This document shows positions 1 to 10,137 of a stretch of 22,560 bases of DNA, piece by piece. How positions within the stretch are numbered: position 1 is the first letter of the stretch; every line of letters begins with the position of its first letter. A program made the position numbers and the translations under genes. Origin of the DNA: Macrostomum lignano (Eukaryota); NCBI GenBank assembly GCA_002269645.1, contig NIVC01005192.1, forward strand, positions 1 to 22,560, given 5' to 3'. The notes under the pieces were generated by a model. That model searched no databases, was not told the origin of the DNA, and saw only the letters and a list, made by a program, of their open reading frames with translations.

Positions 1-137
1 GTTTCTATCACATTTGCAATTGCATTTCCGTCATGCATGCTTGCTTTATAGATTTGAATCAGAATAATTTGTCCGATTGCAAAACTGCAAAACGCGTACA
101 TTGCAAAAATTCTGTCCGATTACGCAAAGTGAAACTG
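1..137. mobile_element. Possible terminus of a pogo/Tc1-like DNA transposon, truncated by the window edge
   Basis: Ends ...GAAACTG followed by TA (138-139); the minus strand reads TA|CAGTTTCACTTTGCGTAATCGGACA, like CAGT-starting pogo/Tigger TIRs. Subterminal motif TGTCCGATT occurs twice. The partner TIR is not visible. Confidence 0.25.
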
Positions 138-617
138 TAGAATCAAGGATAGGGAACTCGTTATCCTTGATATCGAGGATAACCGATTTATTCAACTCTC
201 TCGGTTATTTCAACTTCACTATCCAGATTAGAAATACTATTCGGCCATATCCGGATATTCGATCGGGTAAGGACATTAGAATTCAGATAACAAACATCGA
301 CTAAATTTTTCGTCTAAATTTTAGCGCAAACGCAACGGTTGGTTTTTAAAGCCCTTTCTGAGCACACACAATATTGAACAAAGAAATTCTATACTATTAC
401 TATTGCATCATAATAGATTTACAGAGCACAGAATGCCACTATGTTTAAAAAAAACTGAGTGAATTTTCAATTGTATCAATTTGCCGAAATATGTCACAGA
501 GGTCGCTGCGGAATCATTGACTCGAGCGTATTACGAAAAATGCAACAAGCTTGCTTTCCGGACTAAGCGGCTGACAAATCGACAATTTAACTGTTTGATG
601 GCCCAATAAGCGTCGAA

Positions 618-2435
618 TCAATCCATTAATAAAATAGAATGTGCGCTCGGAAAATTCGGACGCCCCAGCATTAAAATGTAGCGATTTTCAACGTCGTGTT
701 CGATAACTTGAGAAACAACAGACGACAGAATTCCGACAACGAAGTTTATGAATAGAATCGGCACAAACAGTACGTAGAACAGGTGTGTCACATTGAGATC
801 AATCCGATCGTCTGCTGGCCTGAATATTGTCGTATCGACGATGTTCAACGATACTAAAAACGTTTGATAGAAAGCTGCCAAAAAATCTGGAAACGTGTCG
901 GATCGGCTGGTCGTAGTATTGCTGGCGCTTGAGAAAATAAAGTTGGACTGAAACATTCGCGCAAAAATCACCATCAAACAGAGGTACATAAAGACAAACA
1001 CGCTGAAAGTACCTAGACTGTTGTAGAAGCTGCTCATCAAGGTAGTAAGGGAGGATACTAGGCGAAGATAGCACACGATTAGGCTGACACAAGTCATCAA
1101 CAAGAGAATGTGGCACAAGCTACTAACAGTGTAAATAAAATCTTTAAATATCGCGCAGCTCCGACCAGTGTCAAGGTAAATCCAAAGCAAGAACACTGTA
1201 ATTAGCAAGGCAACAGTGCTAGGAAATAGCCAGCCAACTAGGTCTCTGTAGTTTCGGCGTGGTATTTTCGGGTATCCGACTTTGTGCCTGCAATAAAAAC
1301 CAGGGAAAATTCGATAAACAGAATACTGAATATAAGAATCGATTGTATAGCTACGCATGGACAGTGATGGTTACCTATAGTATTCCTTTCGAGCAACTCC
1401 AAATGCAGCAATAAAAACGGATGAACCCGAAGTGATAAGCCAGGTGAGTAAGACACAAACCGTTCCAGTTGGATACACAGAAGGAGCATTTTCGCACTTG
1501 CTTTTAATATAGTCGTTGCCACTGCTACCGGTAAAGACTACAGTGACTACAGTCAGCAAAATGGCGAGCAGCAAGTAAAAAAATATGACGACTCGATTGC
1601 GCTTAAACATTAAATCCACCCAGTGCTTCCACAGATAACCTTTCCGAAATATGCCGAGCCTTTTTAACTCGGGCAGAGTAGACTCGCCGTAAATGTCCAG
1701 CATGACGGAAAGTGGACTAGTAAAGAAGCTCGGATCCTCACCAGTAACATCTGACACATCCATAGTGATGTGCTCGTTGATACCCAGAGACTCGGAATGC
1801 ACTGTACAATTTGGCGAAAAGTAGTAAATCACGTATTCTACCTGATCTGGCAGACCAATGTACACGCCCCAAGAGAGCGGTGTCATGCCATTTTGGCAAA
1901 CTGATTTAATCATCGAACTCTGCTGATCGCGGGTGAACAAAGTGCAATGAAATAAAGTGATCAGCTCGCTATACTTGGCCAACGGAGCGTCGGGGCATCG
2001 ACGGATCGACATGAAGTGTATGGCGCTAAATAAGACATGATAAGCGGACACGCCGCGCTCTCTTAGCTTGGAGAAGTCGACGCCGGACTCCATCATAAAA
2101 ATCAGGCATTTTTGCGCGTTGAAGAACATAGCGACAAAGAATGGATTAGTGGGATACGGATGCTTTCCGGAGATTAATCCGCCTGGCAGAGTGAACTCAT
2201 TTGAACAGTTGAGCCATACATTCTTAACGTCGCAACTTTGTAGGAAACGATTCCAGTCAACGTACTTAGAAAATATCTGCAAGTCTTCGACATTGTCATC
2301 GGCTAGACATTTGAGAAAGGACAACCAATACGATTCTGTTGGTAAAAATTGTACTATGTCGAACTCACATTCGACTGTCTCGTTTAAGCCTGATTCAGAC
2401 GACCCTACTGTAGCCGACGTAGTCAGTTCAAGCAT
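618..2435 (-). CDS. TRPV-like ankyrin-repeat, 6-TM cation channel; join(2435..1375, 1287..618), 576 aa
   Basis: ORFs 1371-2441 and 618-1358 are in the same frame. The TAA between them lies inside a phase-2 intron 1374..1288 (AG|GTAACC ... ttttccctggtttttattgcAG|G, 87 nt), giving ...KEYYR-HKVGY.... Ankyrin-like motifs RGVSAYHVL and QNGMTPLSWGVYIG. S1-S4 hydrophobic segments are present. S4-S5 reads YLRLVSSLTTLMSSFYNSLGTFSVF. Pore TFLVSLNIVD resembles TRPV5/6 TFELFLTIID, and S6 ILFINFVVGILSS resembles LLMLNLLIAMMGD. ATG at 2435 has an in-frame TAG just upstream; an upstream exon is not excluded. Confidence 0.85.
1288..1374 (-). other. 87-nt GT-AG intron of the TRPV-like gene
   Basis: Donor AG|GTAACC; pyrimidine-rich acceptor ending TTGCAG; phases match (2/2); removal eliminates the in-frame TAA at 1373-1371. 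Confidence 0.8.
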
Positions 2436-2999
2436 TGTCAAGCTTTGCTAGACAAGTTAGACTTACTATTGAACTCTATTGCTTGCCAAAATATGAGACT
2501 GTATGAGCACTACGCGGTGAGCTGGACTCATTCTTTAAAAAAACTTTTGATCACACACAAATCAACGGGGACAGACAGAAACGGCTTACTATTGGCTGGG
2601 AAGGCAATGAAAAATAAACTGGTTTCTCTCTGCAGCGACAGCGAATCGCAGAAGCTGAACAAAAGCAAATTAAGCAGTTTTCCTCATCAAAAAGACATTA
2701 GACTGAATATTCCATGTGACTTATCCCATGTTAACTACGTAAATTATCGGACTATATAAAAGCAAATTAGCAAACAAATCATCAAAGTTATCAAATGCAT
2801 AGGATGATAGGCCAGTGAGTAGCCTACCTCATAAAAGCAATATCCAATCAATCTAATCTACTGCAATCTAATTAAAGCAAGTGTACACCGGTTTCGTTTA
2901 GGCAAACAATGGACGAGTGGGAACCCCAGTGAGTAGGAATCAATTGATTACTTTATAGTAATTAAATAGCAATCAGCCAAGCGGTACCTGGATCCGAGA

Positions 3000-3342
3000 T
3001 ACGTCACGTAGGTTAGCTAAAAATTTTGCCTCCCGTCTCTGTGTACACACCAATCAGAAATTGCCGATTGGAAAGAGAGACCTTGCTGCATATTAGAAAC
3101 TACTATTGGCGTTGGAAAAATATTCACATCAATAATTACTGAATGCTTTTCTAGTTTACCTTGACTTAAAAACTAAAATGCTAAATATAGGACTTATATC
3201 TGAGTTAATCGACAAGTCAATTATGGGTATAGGCGATATAGATAAAAGTTATGCTAATCAAAATATTATATGACAGCCAAAATTCCAGCTAACTTTGACA
3301 GCCTAGGAATCAGTTGATTGCCACTGGCCAGATCACGTGACC
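3000..3342. promoter_or_regulatory. Cluster of candidate promoter elements upstream of the TRPV-like gene
   Basis: CRE-like TACGTCACGTA (3000-3010), inverted CCAATC/GATTGG pair (3050-3071), E-box TCACGTGA (3333-3340, CLEAR/USF-like). Motif presence only. Confidence 0.25.
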
Positions 3343-4778
3343 CCCTTTTTTTTAACACTGGCTGTAGAGTGGAGTCAATACAGATAAACTGCTACGCTGC
3401 TGACAAATTTAATTACCTAATTAGCCTAATTAGTCTTTACTAACGAAGCAAGAATGGCTTGTTAGAAAAAAATTTTACAACTCACAAGCTCTATGGATTG
3501 TTAACGAACATAAATTTATATAAATCATAATTGGTATCGATTTTGGCTATTAATAAAATCAACTGCTATAAAACTTAATTTCATAAGAATTTTCAAAAAA
3601 ATAAATGAAATTCTAACAAAATATAACAAATGGCTAAGTGACAAATACAGAAAACTTAATAGTTAACCTCTATAATGCGCTTAAAATTGTATAACATATC
3701 TGATAAATAAACAAGTCAAATTACTGTTTAAAAATAAGTACAGTATCAAATTGAAGTGAAAGCCGTGTATTTTAAAACACAACCGCTTCGTTTTTAGTCA
3801 GTTATTGGAAAATCAAAGCAATGAAGTCCGCTTGAACAGTCAGTGAAAGAAAAGCTTAACTAAAGTTAGAGTCAAGTGTCCGAAAGCTACTTGTAGTAGT
3901 GATGCTACAATTTTAGTTAAACATAAGTATTATAGCATTTTTTAATTGGAACCGGAGAACAGAAACGCGTGTTAAAGGTAAGATTTTTACAAACGCATTT
4001 GTAAGAATATGACACTTAAAATAATTTAATTGAAGCTACCCGCATATTATATATACTGTTACTAAAAAATGTATATTACAATACGATAGACTCATGATAA
4101 ACAAAATATCATCTCTCTCAAAGAGGACATCAGACTTTAGAGCATGATAATCTAAATATAAAATATACATAATAAAAGCTTAATAAGCCACTTCTATAGT
4201 TTGTAGTTAGCAAGTAAACTCTTTCATTAATTTTAACTGCTAGGTTTTACCGTATTCCATATTAATATGGGATGAATTGGAGAAAATGCGGATTTCATGC
4301 GAACTCCGGTCATGCTAAATTTCAAACCTGGATGCCATTCAATTCAAGTTCCAATCTGAGTTTTATATAACTCATACTTTATTTCAGGTATCAATAATTT
4401 TATTTTTTAAATTTTTCAAACCTACTAAGAGGGTAGAACAAAATTGTTGGTTTGAATTGAATTTTCACTTTGACATTCTTGAGTTCATACCCAGGATGTT
4501 AAATGGCACAGCGATTCTGAACGCTTAACAAAAACCCAGTTGACACATTTAAATGACCCTTACAGATACTAAAATAGCTAGACTAGATGGGCCACTCAGG
4601 TATAAATAATTATTAAAATAAGCTTTCTACTTTCAGTTCAGTAGCAAAGAAGAATACGTAAGCTATTTTTAAAAAATCAAGGCAGCTGAGATGACTGATA
4701 ATTCCAGAAGCCCAAAAGCTTGCAGACGCGTAAACAACTTGCTAATTGGTTCAGGCATAATGTACATTAGCCAGTCCA

Positions 4779-5031
4779 CTGAAATGTACATGGCAGATTT
4801 AGGCTGGAATTCCGAGAAAGGCAATAAAAATTTGGGTCGGGGCGGGGCGTAGTGTGGAAAGGCGCGGTTGGGGTGGGGTTTAAACTGGGGGTAAGAGGCA
4901 TGCTGAAATGTACATGACTACATGGCAGCTTTAGGCTGGAATTCCGACAAAGGCAAAAAAAATTGGCCGGGGCGGGGCGTAGGGTGGAAAAGCGCGGTTA
5001 GGGGGGGGGTTTAAACTGGGGGTAAGAGGCA
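4779..5031 (+). repeat. Two-copy ~125-bp G-rich tandem duplication
   Basis: Copies 4779-4900 and 4903-5031 both start CTGAAATGTACATG and end TTTAAACTGGGGGTAAGAGGCA; each contains GGGGCGGGGC and several further G-runs. Confidence 0.9.
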
Positions 5032-5193
5032 ATAAGTGAGCCTTGGCTTTTAAAATATTGAACTGAAAGTAGCTTGCACGCAAATGTACAGTGGTCCATC
5101 TAGTTGTCTGTGAATGACCCAAGCAAAATAACTTTACCCCTACCCCTGTTTCGCGGTCTCACTGCAACATAAATTAAAATAATGTTAAACGAA

Positions 5194-5838
5194 TTAAGCA
5201 GCCAAGAAAAACTCGTAGCCCTTAGGTATGAAAGGCGGCGGTCTTGGCTGTGGCGGCAGCCGAGTGAAGCTGTAACCGCTAGGTCGATACTGCAGCTGGT
5301 GCTGCCGCAGGCCGCCAGTGAACATACCAATTGACGGCGTCAGGCCCAACTGTACTCCGTACTTAGACAAAACTGCATCAGCTAGCATGGCAACCGTGAA
5401 TCTGGAGCAATTACAGGCTAGCACAGCCTCTAATAGGCACAGATGCAGGGCCTGGCCAGGTCGCAGGGCCAACAGGCCAGTCAAGGTGATGCTGAAGCTG
5501 AGCAAGAATGACAGCCAGAAGAACAGATCGAAGCCAACAGTGGATCGCCAGGCTAGCAGGGGCAGCAGCATCGCACGGCAGCAGCCAGCAACTAAAACTA
5601 ATTTGGCAGTCTTGTGCAGGCTCAGGCTGCCTCGGTTAACGAACTCGTTGGATAAGATGGCTAAGATCTGGGGGCGGGGCAGGGGCGGAATTACTTTGCA
5701 AAAAGGCTTTGATATATACAAGCTGTTTATAAGCTGGGACACTGCGATCAACAGCAAAAACAGAAACCAAGGCCAAAAAATTTACACGAAGGAAGTTGGA
5801 AGCTAATTTATTTGATTGATTAGTATTGTGCCAACGAG

Positions 5839-5888
<50 letters not shown>

Positions 5889-6599
5889 AATAGACAGAAA
5901 GACAGACACACAGACACAGAAAGACAGACAGACAGACAGACAGACAGACATAAACTGAGACAGACAGAAAGACACGAACTGAGACAGACAGACAGACACT
6001 AAGACAGACAGACAGACAGAGAGACAGACAGACAGACAGAAAGACAGACAGACAGACAGACAGACAGAAAGACAGACACACAGACAGACAGACAGACAGA
6101 CAGACACAGACAGACAGACAGACACAGACAGACAGACATAAACTGAGACAGACAGACAGACACTAAGACAGACAGACAGACAGACAGAGAGACAGACAGA
6201 CAGACAGAAAGACAGACAGACAGACAGACAGACAGAAAGACAGACACACAGACAGACAGACAGACAGACAGACACAGACAGACAGACAGACACAGACAGA
6301 CAGACATAAACTGAGACAGACAGACAGACACTAAGACAGACAGACAGACAGACAGAGAGACAGACAGACAGACAGAAAGACAGACAGACAGACAGACAGA
6401 CAGAAAGACAGACACACAGACAGACAGACAGACAGACAGAAAGACAGACACACAGACAGACAGACAGACAGACACAGACAGACAGACAGACACAGACAGA
6501 CAGACATAAACTGAGACAGACAGACAGACACTAAGACAGACAGACAGACAGAGAGACAGACAGACAGACAGAAAGACAGACAGACAGAAAGACAGACAC

Positions 6600-6646
<47 letters not shown>

Positions 6647-7297
6647 CAGACAGACAGACATAAACTGAGACAGACAGAAAGACACGAACTGAGACAGACA
6701 GACAGACAGACAGAGAGACAGACAGACAGACAGAAAGACAGACACACAGACAGACAGACAGAAAGACAGACACAGACAGACAGACAGACACAGACACTAC
6801 CACAAATCTAAAACGATACGCACACAGATACAAAGCAGACACATCTCACACAAGACAACACAGACTAATAGGCTCACCATAGAGGCAGTCTGCAAAGTGG
6901 ACACCAATAGCTTAGCATAGAATTCCATCTCTTTAGCAGCCGAGAACACGGCAGCGGACAGATCCGAGTCCAAGTCTCTGGCCTCCAGCCACAAAGCGTA
7001 GGCCTCGCAGATGACTAACAGCAGCAGGCCGCGCCACACGGCCCCATGCGCCAGTCGGTGATTATGCAACAGATGGCGCATAGCAGCCAGTCTATGCAAA
7101 AGTATATCTAAGGCTAGCAACAGGCGATCGCATTCAATATATCGATCAGCTGGTTGACCGCATTTGTTACACTTGGCCAATTGCACTACATCTGCGCTGT
7201 ACTTGGTGTAGAGACTGGAAACAGATGAGCCGCATTCTACACAAATGTAATCATTATAGTTGGCTTCTTTTGGTTTAGACTCGTTTGAAGACTGCAT
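5194..7297 (-). CDS. ARV1: Protein ARV1 (ER membrane lipid-homeostasis/GPI-pathway protein); join(7297..6878, 5667..5194), 297 aa (alternative 3' end possible)
   Basis: Exon 1 has the ARV1 homology domain: [17 protein letters not shown]...[16 protein letters not shown]...[17 protein letters not shown] (two CxxC motifs, DxYIE). Phase-0 donor ATG|GTGAGC at 6877 and phase-0 acceptor CCCCAG|ATC at 5668. Exon 2 encodes [19 protein letters not shown], resembling the ARV1 C-terminal KALLLSSYGKLLLIPAVIW, plus hydrophobic segments. TAA at 5196-5194. Confidence 0.92.
5839..6797 (+). repeat. (GACA)n microsatellite array with higher-order units, inside ARV1 intron 1
   Basis: About 960 bp of CAGA/GACA units, interrupted by the landmark CATAAACTGAG at 5949, 6137, 6305, 6505 and 6659. 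Confidence 0.97.
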
Positions 7298-7880
7298 GGT
7301 TGCAGTAGAGACAGGTGCATGTTTGTTCTTTTATAAAGTTCATAATGAATTTGGCTTATTTTAATGCTAGCATATTTAGAAATCTTTTAAAATTAAAAGC
7401 TTGAGAACCACTGCATTAGGGGTCAGCAACATTTTTCCTTTTAAATTTTTAGAACAACAATCTTTCATTTATTGCAACTACAAAATCAAAATAAAAACAA
7501 AAACAAAATCAAAATTATTTTATAGAAGGATAATTAATAAATCAATAAATAGGAAACCAAGACATTTTATTTACTATATTTTTTATGATAAATTTTGTTA
7601 TTTATAAAATTTATTCTATAGTATACCTGTTTTACCTTCAATGCTTATATAATACACATTTAAAAGGTTGGATCACAACTATACTATATGCTAATGCTAA
7701 TAGACTAGGAGAGGTCCAATGGATAGACCAAGGGAAATGTTTGATAGATAGACTAGGAGATCTACTTAATGTGTATTAACAGTCCAAAGACTGGCTTAAT
7801 TAATAGCAATAGCAATATCAATCCATAGAATGCCCTCAATGTGCCAAGGCCAGATGCTTAGTTGGCTCTTTTAGAGTATA

Positions 7881-7907
7881 CTAGCAATCCTCGTCCCCCG
7901 ATGGGGG
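7881..7907 (-). mobile_element. Helitron-like 3' terminus (hairpin + CTAG)
   Basis: Minus strand: CCCCC-ATC-GGGGG hairpin, 10-nt spacer, CTAG, then T (7880). This matches the Helitron 3' layout, but the stem is shorter than typical and the 5' TC end was not identified. Confidence 0.4.
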
Positions 7908-8020
7908 CATCTAGATAGAATCTCTGGCTCTCTACAAGTATCAAAAAGACTGCCAAATAAAGCCTTCACATAGACAATAGAAAAACTGCTCAAATGAAGT
8001 GCAATGCAAAAAGAAAACAT

Positions 8021-9033
8021 CCCAGGACAGCAAGCAACCCCCCAGATAGCAAGCACCACCAGATAGCAAGCATCTCCAGATAGCAAGCACCCCCCGATAG
8101 CAGGCACCCCAGATAGCAAGCATCCACCTAATAGCAAGCACCCCAAGATAGCAAGCATCCACCTAATAGCAAGCACCCTTAGAAAGCAAGCATCCTCAGA
8201 TAGCAAGCATCCACCTAATAGCAGGCACCCTTAGATAGCAAGCATCCCCAGATAGCAAGCACCCCCCGATAGCAGGCACCCCAGATAGCAAGCATCCACC
8301 TAATAGCAAGCACCCCAAGATAGCAAGCATCCACCTAATAGCAAGCACCCTTAGAAAGCAAGCATCCACCTAATAGCAGGCACCCTTAGATAGCAAGCAT
8401 CCCCAGATAGCAAGCATCTCCAGATAGCAAGCACCCCAGATAGCAAGCATCCACCTAATAGCAAGCACCCCAAGATAGCAAGCATCCACCTAATGGCAAG
8501 CACCCTTAGAAAGCAAGCACCCCCAGATAGCAAGCATCTCCAGATAGCAAGCATCTCCAGATAGCAAGCACCCCAGATAGCAAGCATCCACCTAATAGCA
8601 AGCACCCCCAGATAGCTAGAACCCCCAAGACAGCAAGCATCCCCCCCAGATAGCACACATATCCAGATAGCAAGCACTCCAAGATAGCAGGCACCCCAGA
8701 TAGCAAGCATCCACCTAATAGCAAGCACCCTTAGATAGCAAGCATCCCCAGATTGCAAGCACCCCCAGATAGCAAGCACCCCCCAGATAGCACGCATCTC
8801 CAGATAGCAAGCACTCCAAGATAGTAGGCACCCTAGATAGCAAGCATCCACCTAAAAGCAAGCACCCCCAGATAGCTAGAACCCCCAAGATAGCAAGCAT
8901 CCCCCCAGATAGCAAGCACCCCCAGATAGCAAGCACCCCCAGATAGCAAGCATCCCCAGATAGCAAGCACCCCCAGATAGCAAGCATCCAATTGATAGCA
9001 ATTATCTATCTTAAATAGCAAGCATCCACCAGA
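8021..9033 (+). repeat. Minisatellite, ~15-16-bp unit AGATAGCAAGCACCCC with variant CACCTAATAGCAAGCA
   Basis: About 1 kb of tandem copies; block-level duplications visible at offsets of 172 (8096/8268) and 260 (8611/8871). Confidence 0.97.
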
Positions 9034-9067
9034 CAATAAGTATCTAGTGCAACAATTTCCTTAGCTT

Positions 9068-9540
9068 TATAGTGGCTACTTTATGATTGGCATGACGCTT
9101 CTTTTTACGTTTGTAATTGTCTCCATTATGACATGGTGGCTCTTTTATGTTTGACATGGTGGCTTTTTAATGTTTGACCTGGTGGCACTTTAATGTCTGC
9201 AATGATGGCTCTTTAATGTCTGACATGGAGTCACTTATACACTTGACATGGTGGCTCTTTAATGTTTGACATGGTGGCTCTTTAATGTCTATAATGATGG
9301 CTTTTTAGTGTTTACCATGGTGGCTCTTTAATGTTCGACATGATGGCTCTTTAATGTTCGACATGGTGGCTCTTTAATGTTCGACATGGTGGCTCTTTAA
9401 TGTTTGACATGGTGGCTCTTTCATCTTTGACACGGTGGCTCTTTAATGTTAGACATGGAGTCACATATATGTTTGACATGGTGGCCTTTAATGTTTGAAA
9501 TGGTGCCACTTTTGTTTGACATTGTGCTTCTTTTATGTTT
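9068..9540 (+). repeat. Minisatellite, 23-bp unit GACATGGTGGCTCTTTAATGTTT
   Basis: About 20 tandem copies, most homogeneous at 9245-9420 and degenerate at both ends. Confidence 0.95.
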
Positions 9541-9589
9541 AGCATTTTGTGTTTTTAAGGTTTTTGAATAAAAAAATATTTTTGCACTA

Positions 9590-10128
9590 CTAAGATTTGA
9601 ATTGAGGTTGCTGAATTAGCAGTCCAGTCTGTTTGCATCTAGGCTATCTCTTGTCGATTGGAGAATATGAATTGTGGCCCTTATAATTCAATTCTTATAG
9701 CAAATCGGTTAGAGTAAAAAGTTATGACATAATCAATTTCTCAGTCAGCCAGTATCAGTCTCAATTTAAGTTAGCAATATGGTTACGCAATTTCATTCAA
9801 GTCGTGTGTGCATTTCTTCGGCACTGTTTTCAACTTGCTGTGATGCAATCTTTATCAGAATTGAAATTCAGTCAGTCAGTTTTTTCTCTAGCATTCTTAC
9901 AATGCATTTCAGGTCGAAAGAGCTGCTTGACCTTTGCAGAAAATCATGTTTTTCGAATATTTAATCCCTTTAATATTGATCGATTTCTTAGCCAAGATGC
10001 ATGCACCATCCCAGGAAAATTTTGATTGAATGGTGCAAGTTTGAAGAGAATCAGTTGAGCCATTCTCGAAAAATCAATTACACGCACGCACGCACGCACA
10101 AATACAGCGCAAAATTAGTATATAGAAG
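9590..10128 (+). mobile_element. Putative non-autonomous Helentron-type (HINE/DINE-1-like) element; left boundary uncertain
   Basis: 3' part reads AAGTTTGAAGAGAATCAGTTGAGCCATTCTCGA...(GCAC)n...TTAGTATATAGAAGA, the layout I associate with HINE/DINE-1/Lep1-type elements (internal microsatellite, TATATAGA end). It retains CpGs, unlike its flanks. Recognition is from memory only. Confidence 0.35.
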
Positions 10129-10137
10129 ACTAAATAG

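Noticed and set aside
1326-1374. Stop read-through, variant genetic code, or 24-nt/49-nt introns to explain the TAA in the TRPV-like gene
   Set aside because: An 87-nt intron with a much better acceptor restores the frame. The 24-nt option is implausibly short with a poor acceptor, and the 49-nt option leads to a stop at 1238.
2068-2759. Plus-strand ORFs 2068-2451 and 2445-2759
   Set aside because: Antisense shadow of the TRPV-like exon and a short upstream ORF; no motifs.
4257-4270. Perfect 14-bp palindrome CCATATTAATATGG
   Set aside because: AT-rich, isolated, and no associated structure.
5318-5806. 162-aa plus-strand ORF
   Set aside because: Antisense to GC-rich ARV1 exon 2; no independent support.
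5636-6842. Several long minus-strand ORFs (SVCLSVCL...)
   Set aside because: Translations of the (TGTC)n array, which lacks stops; they lie in the ARV1 intron.
7871-9545. ORFs with repeated GACYLG/CLLSG and MSNIKEPPC motifs
   Set aside because: Translations of the 15/16-bp and 23-bp minisatellites; unit lengths do not hold a consistent frame.
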